64,000 nt of DNA from Clostridia bacterium (GTDB taxonomy: Bacteria; Bacillota; Clostridia; UBA1212; DUPL01): assembly GCA_050951325.1 (NCBI GenBank), contig JBMNIW010000006.1:81036-145035 (forward strand), in the 5' to 3' direction. Under the pieces are notes generated by a model that did no database searches, was not told the origin of the DNA, and saw only the letters and a list, made by a program, of their open reading frames with translations. Of this stretch, positions 50,888 to 60,467 are shown in pieces. Within the stretch, counting starts at the first letter, position 1. Each line of letters begins with the position of its first letter. The position numbers were made by a program, and so were the translations under genes.

Positions 50888-51316
50888 TTATTTAATTATT
50901 TTTATCTTGCCAATAACGGGAAGAGGCTTCTGTTCCCCCTTATTTGCACTTATCATGCACATAATGGCAAGCACAAGAATCAGTATCCACCATATCCAGG
51001 AAATAAAAGATATAAAAGCTCCAAATAACCAATAAATAGCACCAGCTATAAGCGACAATATACCTAGAACAATCTGCCCTGCAACTGACAAAATAAATAG
51101 CAGTAAACCTTGGTTTGCATGAAACCTGCCAACTTTAGAGTTTGGACAGGCGACCAATGGCAGGAAAAACAATATGCCCAGATATGCCAGTATAAATATT
51201 ACTTTGTTGTCTTCCACTTCTTTTACAGCTGGCGTATTTCCAGCTACAGTTGAGCCGCATTTGTTACAAAACTTGGCCTCCTCATTATTTTCCGCTCCAC
51301 AGTTCGAACAGTACAT
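50888..51316 (-). CDS. Zinc-ribbon plus DUF4870-like membrane protein
   Basis: CSNCG...FCNKCG; LAYLGILF, RFHANQGL, PLPVIG. Confidence 0.85.
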   Translation of the reverse strand: MYCSNCGAENNEEAKFCNKCGSTVAGNTPAVKEVEDNKVIFILAYLGILFFLPLVACPNSKVGRFHANQGLLLFILSVAGQIVLGILSLIAGAIYWLFGAFISFISWIWWILILVLAIMCMISANKGEQKPLPVIGKIKIIK

Positions 51317-51344
51317 AATATCCCCCTTCTCACACTTTTATCAT

Positions 51345-52073
51345 TCATTCTGCAAGATTTACAACAACGGACAAGGACTCAGGCGATGCTGCAAACTCAA
51401 CCTTATCACCATTCTCGTTGCTCGCCGAAAATATGTATATATCATTGATTTCAGCAGTTTGAATGTCTACTACAAATCCGCACGCCTTGATTTCTTCCAC
51501 GTAATCCAAATAATCCGCCAAAGGTTCCAGTGTATAAGCTGTTTGTTTATTAATGGACCAGTAGTTTACAACTTTTGTACCAGGATCAGGCAGTCCGGCC
51601 ATCTTGCTACTATCCCACTTTCTATTACCACCAATAATTACTTCATCATCCTCATTACCGGTAGGCTTTTCACCCTTGCTTGCAGTAATGGTGCCGTCAC
51701 CACTTTCCTTGTCATACCAAAACGATATTGTTTCTCCATCCTTGTTGGTGCCAGTGTAACTGTACTCTTCAAACACAAGTTTGTTGAATGTAAATCCTTT
51801 CTCCTGAAGCATTTCTATGTATGCTTCCGCATCCTTTTCTTTCATTTCAGAGAAAAAGTACATTGCTCCTTCTTCAGTGCTGACACTGCTGGTCAGTTTT
51901 GCTTTCGGCGCATCAAGACCAAACATTTCCTTTTTGTCCCATTTTGTCTTTCCGATTTGAATTTCTCCATCCTTATCCCCTAGTTTGATACTACCGTCCC
52001 AAAAACAGCTGGTAACTAAAAGAGCAAGGACTATGCTCAGCAGAATAAATAAAATGATTTTTGACAATCTCAT
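51345..52073 (-). CDS. Hypothetical lipoprotein with two tandem repeats
   Basis: ATG 52073 behind GGAG; lipobox VTSC; repeats KWDKKEMFGLDAP and KWDSSKMAGLPDP. Confidence 0.8.
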   Translation of the reverse strand: MRLSKIILFILLSIVLALLVTSCFWDGSIKLGDKDGEIQIGKTKWDKKEMFGLDAPKAKLTSSVSTEEGAMYFFSEMKEKDAEAYIEMLQEKGFTFNKLVFEEYSYTGTNKDGETISFWYDKESGDGTITASKGEKPTGNEDDEVIIGGNRKWDSSKMAGLPDPGTKVVNYWSINKQTAYTLEPLADYLDYVEEIKACGFVVDIQTAEINDIYIFSASNENGDKVEFAASPESLSVVVNLAE

Positions 52074-52200
52074 GCAAACACTCCATTCTTTATTAGTTTT
52101 ACATGGCAAACATACCATTTTCGAACATTGGCCACGTTTCCTTAATCAGCTTATGATTTAAGAGCGATTATGGCAATTAGTTAAAAGACATGAAGGCATA

Positions 52201-52238
52201 AAAAAAGCACCTCATTAGTTCTAATGAGGCGCTTTTTT
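52201..52238. terminator. Intrinsic terminator after the TM-LuxR gene
   Basis: AAAAAAGCACCTCATTAG-TT-CTAATGAGGCGCTTTTTT. Confidence 0.8.
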
Positions 52239-52255
52239 GACAAATATAATTGCAT

Positions 52256-53677
52256 TTATTCTATGTAGTCCTTAAAAAGAATTAACAATTCCGTCCTGCT
52301 GTTGATATTCAACTTTCTGTAACAGTTTGTGCAATACGTATTAACCGTCGAGTAGGATATGGAAAGCATGGCTGAAATCTGCCTAAGTGTATGTCCTTTC
52401 AGCAAAAGTCTGCACACTTCAATTTCTCTTTTGCTTAACTGATATTTTTCAAACAAATACATTTTGTCATTATCAATATCTATTATCTCCGTATCCTTTG
52501 CCCAGCCATCATAGATATGTTCTTGTGCAAGCAATGGTGACATTATCATAAAGGTTATTAAAAACAATGCGGATATGATTGACGCAAACATTGAGACCTG
52601 GGTGCTGTTAACATACTGAAGAAGATTCCCCAGAACCATGCCTCCAACACCACCTATAATTCCTACAAAAAGGATGGCTAGTTTCAAATATTTCAAGCTG
52701 TTAATCTTCTTTCCAACAATCCCAATAACATAAAACATTACAATCATGCCTGCCCCATTCCCTATTCCAAGGAGCAAGGCAAACAAGACAATAACTTCGG
52801 AAGCTTGGGCACCAAAGGCACTGCAGAGAAAGCCAAGAGAAACAAATCCAAAAGATATGTTCCCTACAATAAGGATTGCTTTTGGAAACAATGCATATAT
52901 AGTATAAAAGATAACGCAGCCAATCACCCCTCCTACAAAATACCAAACCGCAACATTGCTTCCAAACTTTTTTATGGAAGTATTCAGGACCCCAACTCCG
53001 ATACCTATGCATATAATTACAAAGGAAGCGTTGAAAAACAGTGTTGAATAAATATTAAATCCAACTTTCGGAATGTTGTCATCCTTTCCCTCTTCATATA
53101 ACACAACTGTTTTCCTGTTTATGAAAATTATTGTTGCTATAGCAATAATAACAACCGGGAGGAACAAAATCAGATCACTCGCAGGAGGGAGTATCTTCCC
53201 ATTGTGCATGTTCTGAATTATCAAAAGTATGGACACACATATATTTGAGATAATGCTGGCATAAAGCTTTTCAGTATTATTCAAACGAAAGACCATAGGT
53301 ATAAACACTAACAGGCTGACACACCCCAACGAAATTCCAAATACAACAAGGCCAATAACCCGGGGAATAACTGATGTTGCAAGGAAGAATAGTGCCAAAC
53401 CAAAAAGGGAAAAGGCCGCAATGATTCGTGACACTTTTACAAACCACTTTTTTTTTATAAAAAACATGAAAACAAGAGAAGATGTCAATAAAGCGGATTG
53501 AATGAGGATTCTGTCAACAGAACCAAAGACATTTTTCACATTGGGAGATGCTGTCCACCAAGAAGCAAAGGCAACAATCCATGCGTAAAATATAACCCAC
53601 ACCAAGACATAAGGGATGTTATGCCTTTTCAACCCTCTGAAATAAACGACATTGGACTTTAATCCATTAAAGTTCAT
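52256..53677 (-). CDS. LuxR-family regulator with a multi-pass (about 12 TM, MFS-like) N-terminal domain
   Basis: Long run of TM helices, then LSKREIEVCRLLLKGHTLRQISAMLSISYSTVNTYCTNCYRKLNINSRTEL. Confidence 0.85.
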   Translation of the reverse strand: MNFNGLKSNVVYFRGLKRHNIPYVLVWVIFYAWIVAFASWWTASPNVKNVFGSVDRILIQSALLTSSLVFMFFIKKKWFVKVSRIIAAFSLFGLALFFLATSVIPRVIGLVVFGISLGCVSLLVFIPMVFRLNNTEKLYASIISNICVSILLIIQNMHNGKILPPASDLILFLPVVIIAIATIIFINRKTVVLYEEGKDDNIPKVGFNIYSTLFFNASFVIICIGIGVGVLNTSIKKFGSNVAVWYFVGGVIGCVIFYTIYALFPKAILIVGNISFGFVSLGFLCSAFGAQASEVIVLFALLLGIGNGAGMIVMFYVIGIVGKKINSLKYLKLAILFVGIIGGVGGMVLGNLLQYVNSTQVSMFASIISALFLITFMIMSPLLAQEHIYDGWAKDTEIIDIDNDKMYLFEKYQLSKREIEVCRLLLKGHTLRQISAMLSISYSTVNTYCTNCYRKLNINSRTELLILFKDYIE

Positions 53678-53749
53678 AATAAGAGCACCTCTTTTTCTCC
53701 ATAATCTTATGCTCTTCAAATCAATAAATTTCGACTAAAAAACATAAAC

Positions 53750-54484
53750 TCAATCAAGAAGGTATTTGAGCATGCCTTCCGGATTGTTCAAAAACTGTTT
53801 TGTCAGAACATAATGTTCTGTATCCTTGTAATGAGTAAGCCTGATGTCGTTTTCAGTTAGCTCGTAAATATCCGCATTAGGGTATGAAAGCAAAATAGGA
53901 GAATGCGTAGAGATAATAAACTGAGAGTTTAACTTCACCAGTTCATGGATGTAAACCAAAAGACTCATTTGCCTTACTGGTGACAGAGCCGCCTCCGGCT
54001 CATCCAGTATGTACAGACCATTACCAAAGAAGCGATTTTGAACGAGAGATATAAAACTTTCACCATGGGATTGTCCATGCAAGGATTTGCCTCCATAGGA
54101 CTCCAGCAATGGATAAGGGTATTCTTCGTCGAGTTTGTCAATCTCAGTTGCTACATTGTAAAAGCTTTCGGCTCGTAGGAAAAAACCGTCCGCAGGTCTT
54201 GAAACACCTCTTGTAAGAGTAATAAATTTGTACAGCTCTGAATGGGTGGTCTCCGTAGAAAAATTAAAATTCCTGGATCCCCCTTCTGCATTAAACCCAT
54301 ATTTTACAGCAATTGCTTCAAGTATTGTGGATTTTCCCGTCCCATTTTCACCCACCAAGAAGGTAACCGGTTTGTTGAAACGGAATCTTCCAATGTGCTT
54401 TACGGCTGGCAAATTGAAAGGATAGTGGGTGTCATCATGACCTTCCAAATCCAGCTCAATACCAGTTAAAAAAAGCTTACTCAA
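53750..54484 (-). CDS. Stand-alone ABC/AAA-type ATPase (COG3910-like)
   Basis: GENGTGKST, FFLRAES, SHGESF, LDEPEAALS, STHSPIL. Confidence 0.88.
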   Translation of the reverse strand: MSKLFLTGIELDLEGHDDTHYPFNLPAVKHIGRFRFNKPVTFLVGENGTGKSTILEAIAVKYGFNAEGGSRNFNFSTETTHSELYKFITLTRGVSRPADGFFLRAESFYNVATEIDKLDEEYPYPLLESYGGKSLHGQSHGESFISLVQNRFFGNGLYILDEPEAALSPVRQMSLLVYIHELVKLNSQFIISTHSPILLSYPNADIYELTENDIRLTHYKDTEHYVLTKQFLNNPEGMLKYLLD

Positions 54485-54546
54485 CTATTATCACCCAATT
54501 GTATTTTATCACATAGTTTTCAAAAAAACTACACAATTTTAAAATT

Positions 54547-55368
54547 TTATACACCCGACCATGAAAAATGAAGAAAATATCCCAATTGTCCTCCCTCATC
54601 TAAAATATTGTTTATTGAATATACAGAACCATCCTCCATGCAAAGTTCAATGGCGACAGTTTTTCTTTTATGCTCCTCAAGATAAAACACCGTTAAAGTT
54701 TTGCCAGGCTCATCTAGCTCCTTAGTATAATGTATATTCTTGCTGTCAATTTTATTATTCTCAGTCAATAAAAATTCTTTGTAATACATATTTTCTGATT
54801 CCACTGTGATAAATTCCCTTGCAAACAAAAAAGTAACTTTCTTTGTATCATAATCAATCAAAATGGTGTTTCGAACAAACTCTGTACCTGCTATTCCGCC
54901 TGTTATTCTTACCGGACTTGAATAGTCCTCTATAATTACATCCGCATCTTCTGCAAGCATATAGATATTCTGCGCAACTTTCTGTACAAACCGTTCCTTA
55001 TCACGTGCTTCTTTATACTCCGAAATCCCTCTCCCTCCAAAAAGAAAAGCTACAAGAGCAACAGTTATAAATGCAGCTACACCTAAAGGTATATTGCTCG
55101 CCTTTTTCTTTGTTAGTCGGACACAGAAGTAAATTAAATACACAAATTGATATATCATGCATATAGGCAGTATCGGAAAAATTACAAGCTCTATAGTTGT
55201 TTCAATCATGCCATATACAAACGCCGACAAGCCGAATATCTGTGTTGTATCCATAATAAAATGAAACCATATACCATTTATTGCAGCATCAAAACCACGA
55301 TACAGTATGTATGAATATGGCAGCAAAGTTATTAGAAAGAACAATCCAAATTTATCAGTTTTTTTCAT
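54547..55368 (-). CDS. Hypothetical membrane protein
   Basis: Several N-terminal TM segments and a soluble C-terminal domain; ATG behind GGAG. Confidence 0.7.
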   Translation of the reverse strand: MKKTDKFGLFFLITLLPYSYILYRGFDAAINGIWFHFIMDTTQIFGLSAFVYGMIETTIELVIFPILPICMIYQFVYLIYFCVRLTKKKASNIPLGVAAFITVALVAFLFGGRGISEYKEARDKERFVQKVAQNIYMLAEDADVIIEDYSSPVRITGGIAGTEFVRNTILIDYDTKKVTFLFAREFITVESENMYYKEFLLTENNKIDSKNIHYTKELDEPGKTLTVFYLEEHKRKTVAIELCMEDGSVYSINNILDEGGQLGYFLHFSWSGV

Positions 55369-55539
55369 ACACAATCTCCAGTTTAATTGAAGTATATTCC
55401 AATAATATCAAATATCAGGCAGTAAATCAATATTTTTCTACAAGAAAAGTCACTGTTGGATGTTACACCTTTATCGATTGCAATTTTTTTACCTTGCTTC
55501 TATTTCTATAAATCGCAGCTTTAATAATACAATAGCCTC

Positions 55540-55586
55540 TTGACAAACTAACGACCGTTAGTTATAATGATGCTAACACTTGTTAG
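55540..55586 (+). promoter_or_regulatory. Consensus SigA promoter with two palindromic operators
   Basis: TTGACA(55540)-17 bp-TATAAT(55563); AACTAACG-AC-CGTTAGTT at 55546-55563; CTAACA-CT-TGTTAG at 55573-55586. Confidence 0.85.
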
Positions 55587-55691
55587 TGAAGGCTTTGTTA
55601 CATATTTTTATATCAAACTATTATTTAAACAATATTTATTTGACTAAAAGCTTGTCCTAAAAGTAAGTGTAATTGATTGCGAGGGATGTTT

Positions 55692-56300
55692 ATGACAACC
55701 AAAGATTTAATATTTTATACAGCGCTACGACTTTTTTCCGAACGTGGTTATGATGGTGTTTCCATGCGTGATATAGCGGCCGCAGTAGGTATCAAAGCAG
55801 CTTCAATATATAATCATTTTGCAAGTAAGGAGGATATTTTTAATAGTCTTCTATTGGAAATGAAAAGCAGGTATGAACATATGGTTAGTGTAGTTGGTGT
55901 CCCTAATGGAAGTGCTAACGAATCTGCACAACAATATATTGGAATGCCGGTAGAGCAATTACAGATGATTGCACAAGGGCTTTTTCAGTATTTTGCTAAA
56001 GATGAATTTGCCGCACCCTTTCGTAAGATACTTTCTTCTGAGCAGTATCGTAATTCTGCAGCAGGTGATGTTTTTAGAAGTATGTTTATTGATGGTGCAT
56101 TGGAATATCAAACAGACCTTTTTAAAGCTCTTATAGAGCAAGGTGAATTTATTGACGCCGATCCCGAGATTATTGCGTTACACTTCTATTCACCTATATT
56201 CTTGTTACTTCAAAGTTACGATGAAACTCAAGAGCAAACAATAATGCAAAAATTAGAAAAGCATGTTAGTCAGTTTTCAAGACTGTACGTTAGGAGGTAG
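55692..56300 (+). CDS. TetR/AcrR family regulator
   Basis: ALRLFSERGYDGVSMRDIAAAVGIKAASIYNHFASKEDI. Confidence 0.93.
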   Translation: MTTKDLIFYTALRLFSERGYDGVSMRDIAAAVGIKAASIYNHFASKEDIFNSLLLEMKSRYEHMVSVVGVPNGSANESAQQYIGMPVEQLQMIAQGLFQYFAKDEFAAPFRKILSSEQYRNSAAGDVFRSMFIDGALEYQTDLFKALIEQGEFIDADPEIIALHFYSPIFLLLQSYDETQEQTIMQKLEKHVSQFSRLYVRR

Positions 56301-56304
56301 TGGA

Positions 56305-56979
56305 ATGAAAATTACTGTTATACACGGTCAAAAGCGCTATGGAAGCACATGGAATACAACTAAGTTGTTGCTTGATTTCCTTGTTTCCCAGGATGATGAA
56401 TATAATGAGTTTTTTGTAAATGACATATCAAATTGCATTGGTTGTTTTACCTGTATTATGGATGATGAGGAGAAATGTCCGCATCGAAGCTTAACAAAGC
56501 CTATCATTCAGACAATTGAACAATCTGATATAATAATTGTCGCAACCCCAAATTACTGTATGGGTATGACCGGACAATTAAAAACTTTTTTTGATCATAT
56601 GGCTTATCGCTGGATGAGTCATCGTCCATTAGATGAAATGAAAAACAAAGTAGCAATTGCAGTATCGACAACAGCCGGTGCCGGTGCGGGTGTAGCTACA
56701 AAGCAGATTGCAAAGCAACTGTTTTGGTGGGGAATTCCCAAGGTATACCGGCTCAATCAGGCTGTAGCGGCTTCAAAATGGGAAGATGTAAAGCCTAAAA
56801 CAAAAGCAAAAATAAAACAAAAAGCAATGAAAATTGCTAAAAAAGTAAAGAAAAAACACGGAAAGGTTGATCGTGGATTGCGCCAGAAGTTTATCTTCAA
56901 AATGATGGGTGCTATTCAAAAATCTGGTTTGGGAACGCCTAAGGACGCCTCTTACTGGAAAGAACACGGCTGGATATAG
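56305..56979 (+). CDS. Flavodoxin-family NAD(P)H-dependent FMN reductase (iron-sulfur flavoprotein-like)
   Basis: ATG behind AGGAGG; CIGCFTC...C; ATPNY, QLKTFFD. Confidence 0.85.
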   Translation: MKITVIHGQKRYGSTWNTTKLLLDFLVSQDDEYNEFFVNDISNCIGCFTCIMDDEEKCPHRSLTKPIIQTIEQSDIIIVATPNYCMGMTGQLKTFFDHMAYRWMSHRPLDEMKNKVAIAVSTTAGAGAGVATKQIAKQLFWWGIPKVYRLNQAVAASKWEDVKPKTKAKIKQKAMKIAKKVKKKHGKVDRGLRQKFIFKMMGAIQKSGLGTPKDASYWKEHGWI

Positions 56980-57006
56980 CAAATCCGATTTAGATTAATA
57001 AATATG

Positions 57007-57057
57007 AAAAAAGCGAGATACAAGAATGTCGGCTGGACACTCTGTACCTCGCTTTTT
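57007..57057. terminator. Probable bidirectional terminator
   Basis: AAAAAAGCGAG...CTCGCTTTTT long imperfect hairpin between convergent genes. Confidence 0.55.
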
Positions 57058-57091
57058 ATCGGTACTGTTTTCCCAGTGAGCGATACTTCAT

Positions 57092-57886
57092 TTATAACTC
57101 AAAGTTTTTATGCTTCATTCCTAAAATGAAAGAGACAATTAATTCTATAAGAAATATCAGATAAACTTTCCAATTTAGATTTAATTTTAGGTAACCCTCA
57201 CTGCCTATATATACTGCTAAACCGATACAGCCATTAAACCATGCGTGACTTAACACAGTTAAGAATATACTCTTGGAGTATTTGTAAAAAGTTGTGAAAC
57301 TGAAGCTTAAAATTATTGCAAGAAATGTATATGCTGTAAAAGGCAGTGCGCTTTGTACCGTTCCACTTATTAACCACAAAGGCAAATGCCATATACTCCA
57401 AATAACACCAACTATAAGCACAGAAGCCAAATAACCCGTTACTTTTTCTAATTTGGGTTGTAGAAATCCACGCCAACCTATTTCCTCAAATCCACCTCCA
57501 ATAATGAAAAGGGGTAGATTCAGAAACATATATATTATAGAAATCGGCTCTTGAATACCAAATGCAAGCCAAACCATTATAAAACGCCAACAAGTAAATA
57601 GCCCAAAGATCAACCATGTTTTCTTGTCTATATCTCTTCTAAAAACAAGCTTAGTAAAAGACTTTAATGCAAAGCCTTTATTAGGTTGTCTATAAATCAT
57701 GTAGGCACCAATAGCTGGTCCAAGGGAAGCGATTAGCATGGGTATCCAGGTTAAAAGTTCTCCATACCAAAGTGTATCAAAGAACCTATTAGCTATTATA
57801 ATTACAAGCCAAAATAACCATGATACAGAGAATGTATATATCAGGAATAATATAGTTTCTTTTAATGATTTTTTGTTTTCAGTCAT
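57092..57886 (-). CDS. CPBP (Abi/CAAX) family intramembrane metalloprotease
   Basis: EEIGWRG, WSIWHLP, HAWFN. Confidence 0.9.
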   Translation of the reverse strand: MTENKKSLKETILFLIYTFSVSWLFWLVIIIANRFFDTLWYGELLTWIPMLIASLGPAIGAYMIYRQPNKGFALKSFTKLVFRRDIDKKTWLIFGLFTCWRFIMVWLAFGIQEPISIIYMFLNLPLFIIGGGFEEIGWRGFLQPKLEKVTGYLASVLIVGVIWSIWHLPLWLISGTVQSALPFTAYTFLAIILSFSFTTFYKYSKSIFLTVLSHAWFNGCIGLAVYIGSEGYLKLNLNWKVYLIFLIELIVSFILGMKHKNFEL

Positions 57887-58022
57887 ATTTGTTTATGGTA
57901 GACTAGAATCCCAGCACTCCGGAAGTTAAGAATCCGAGCAGTTTGGAAAAGTAAAACTCCATTGCTTCGCACCTCGAGATAATATATCCTTTTAGTGACT
58001 AAACTGAAAGGAGATAAAGGAG

Positions 58023-59561
58023 ATGTTAACAATGGAGCAAATATATAATATCAGAAATATGTATAAAAATGAAGGAAAGAGTTTGAGGCAGATTGCAAGG
58101 GAGACAAAACACGATTTTGAGACTGTAAAGAAATACGTAGAAATGGAGGACTTTAGTCCCAAGGTTCCTGTAAAGGTTAAGCGTAGCGGCAAGACATCTA
58201 AATATCGAGAAAGAGTGAAACAATGGCTTACGGATGATCTATCTGCCCCTCCAAAGCAACGTCATACAGCACATCGGGTTTACACCAGATTAAAGGAAGA
58301 AGCTTTAAAAGAAGGTGAAGAGTTTAATGTATCTGAACGCGCTATACGTACTCTCGTTGCTGATATTAGGCAAGAAATAAAAGAAATAAAAAATACTCAT
58401 TTACCCCTTGAGCATCCTGCAGGTGAGGCACAAGTCGACTTTGGTAAAACTGAATTTTACGAAAATGGAATACTTTATGAAGGACATCATTTAGTAGTAA
58501 CATTTCCTCATTCAGATGGCAAGTTTGTACAGCTGTTTAAAGGTGAAAATTTAGAGTGCTTGATGCAGGGACTCAAAAATGTCTTTGAGTATCTAGGCAA
58601 GGTGCCTACAATAATTCGTTTTGATAACATGAGTACAGCAGTAAAAAGAATTAAATCGTACGGAGAAAGAGAAGTCACTGATGGCTTCAAGAGACTAATG
58701 TGCCATTATGGCTTTAAAAGCAATTTTTGCAACCCAAACTCTGGTCATGAAAAAGGATCTGCCGAGAATTATGTTGGAACAAGCCGAAGAAATATGTTTG
58801 TACCTGTGCCACGTATAGAGGATTTATCCGAGTACAATAAGATTCTTTTAGAGAAATGTTCAAGTGATATGATAAGAGAACACTACAAGTACGAAAGACA
58901 AGTATGTGACCTTTTCAAAGAGGATTTAGCAGCAATGAACGAACTGCCAGCTATTGACTTTGATGCTTGCAAATTTGTTTTTGCTAAAACTGACAAATAC
59001 GGACGTGCAAAATTTGAAACCAATTTGTACTCCACGAGCAGTTACTACGGGCAGAGTGAGGTAATGCTACAGGTATCTGCTATGTCTGTCAGAATATTAA
59101 ATGCTAATTCTGAGTTAATTGTTGAACATCCAAGGTTATATGGCAAAAACCAAGAATCCATTAAGTGGGAGACCTATCTCCCTTTGATAGCAAAAAGACC
59201 GAAGGCGTTAAAGTATACAATGTTTTATGAGGAGTTGCCAGAAGAAACAAGAGAATTTTTTAAGCAAGCAGATCTACCAGATGCACAGAAAGCATTAAAG
59301 TTCTTTGCAGAACGAGCTGAGATAGAAGGCTATGAAAAAGCAATGGAGTTCTTCAATAAGGCAATAACTTTAGGCGCAAACAGCTCAGAAAGCATACAAG
59401 CTGCATATAGGTACATAATCGATCCTGTGCTTCCTGAAGCTAATATCGAGACAAACGTAAAGTTTCCCAAACATGCAGAGTATAAAGTAGATTTACAAGC
59501 GTATATGTCTTTAGTTCGAGAAAGGGGTGTGGATAATGAGCAAGCAAAGAATAATACTTGA
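58023..59561 (+). CDS. istA: IS21 transposase
   Basis: N-terminal HTH; PPKQRHTA, GEAQVDFG, FDNM, GHEKGSAE. Confidence 0.93.
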   Translation: MLTMEQIYNIRNMYKNEGKSLRQIARETKHDFETVKKYVEMEDFSPKVPVKVKRSGKTSKYRERVKQWLTDDLSAPPKQRHTAHRVYTRLKEEALKEGEEFNVSERAIRTLVADIRQEIKEIKNTHLPLEHPAGEAQVDFGKTEFYENGILYEGHHLVVTFPHSDGKFVQLFKGENLECLMQGLKNVFEYLGKVPTIIRFDNMSTAVKRIKSYGEREVTDGFKRLMCHYGFKSNFCNPNSGHEKGSAENYVGTSRRNMFVPVPRIEDLSEYNKILLEKCSSDMIREHYKYERQVCDLFKEDLAAMNELPAIDFDACKFVFAKTDKYGRAKFETNLYSTSSYYGQSEVMLQVSAMSVRILNANSELIVEHPRLYGKNQESIKWETYLPLIAKRPKALKYTMFYEELPEETREFFKQADLPDAQKALKFFAERAEIEGYEKAMEFFNKAITLGANSSESIQAAYRYIIDPVLPEANIETNVKFPKHAEYKVDLQAYMSLVRERGVDNEQAKNNT

Positions 59562-60264
59562 GCTCTGTAAGCAATTAAGACTAGGAACATACATGGCCGA
59601 AGCATACAAAACAATAGAAGCTGAGACTAACGAAGATTTCTTAATAAGTTTACTGAGGGTTGTTGTTGAAGAAAGAGACATAGAACGTAAAAACCGATAT
59701 TTAAAACAGGCTGGTTTTGATGTAATTAAAAGCTTTGCCAACTATTCCTTTGATTATGTACAACTGCCTGAAGAGCTATCAGTAAACGATTTAAAAGAAT
59801 GTACATTTATCGAAAATAAACAGAACTTAATACTTTTTGGAAAGCCTGGAACCGGAAAGACTCACTTAGCAACCGCTATAGGTGTTGAAGCCTGCAGGAA
59901 AGGAAATAGAGTTGCTTATTACAAGACTAGTAGATTGGTTAACGATTTAGTTGATGCAATGGCCTCAAAGAATCTAGAGAGCATCTGGAAGAAGCTCTTA
60001 AATGCAAAACTTGTCATATTGGATGAGTGGGGCTATATCCCGTTTGAAAAGACTGGTACTCAGTTACTGTTTGAGGTAATTTCGGAATGCTATGAGCAAC
60101 GTAGTGTAGTAATTACTACAAACCTGCCTTTTAACGAATGGAACACTATCTTTTATGATGAAAAGCTAACTAATGCAATTCTGGACAGAATGGTACATCA
60201 TGGTTATTTAATATTGCATAATGGACCAAGCTTTAGGCTTGCTCATTCAACAATGAGGGCTTAA
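59536..60264 (+). CDS. istB: IS21 helper AAA+ ATPase
   Basis: GKPGTGKTHLA, ILDEWGY, ITTNL, AILDRMVHH. Confidence 0.95.
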   Translation: MSKQRIILELCKQLRLGTYMAEAYKTIEAETNEDFLISLLRVVVEERDIERKNRYLKQAGFDVIKSFANYSFDYVQLPEELSVNDLKECTFIENKQNLILFGKPGTGKTHLATAIGVEACRKGNRVAYYKTSRLVNDLVDAMASKNLESIWKKLLNAKLVILDEWGYIPFEKTGTQLLFEVISECYEQRSVVITTNLPFNEWNTIFYDEKLTNAILDRMVHHGYLILHNGPSFRLAHSTMRA

Positions 60265-60467
60265 GTTGTACATAAGAGAGAATGGCTGGAGGTGGTAAAA
60301 TGCAATTCAGAAATAGAACAAGCAAAATGTGCATGTTGTTGTGCATTTCATTGTTCTCAATTGAACGAATAATGTTCAAGAGAATATAGTCATTAGAAAA
60401 AATAAATAGTTTAAAAATCAAAAAAGAAATACCATGAGAAGTTAAATGTGCGCATCTTCATAGAACA

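Larger units (their letters stand above)
57890..60264 (+). mobile_element. IS21-family insertion sequence (right end not located)
   Basis: istA-istB pair; left end TGTTTATGG at 57890 with repeats AGAATCCCAGCA (57905) and AGAATCCGAGCA (57929). Confidence 0.85.

Noticed and set aside
51174-51983. 269-aa plus-strand ORF
   Set aside because: It lies antisense to two well-supported genes and has no recognisable motif.
53750-54484. Stand-alone ATPase as an anti-phage defence component
   Set aside because: There is no partner nuclease or effector next to it, and it belongs to a common family.
60448-60467. CATAGAACA as the IS21 right inverted repeat
   Set aside because: Only the last few bases match the left end, and the internal repeats are absent.
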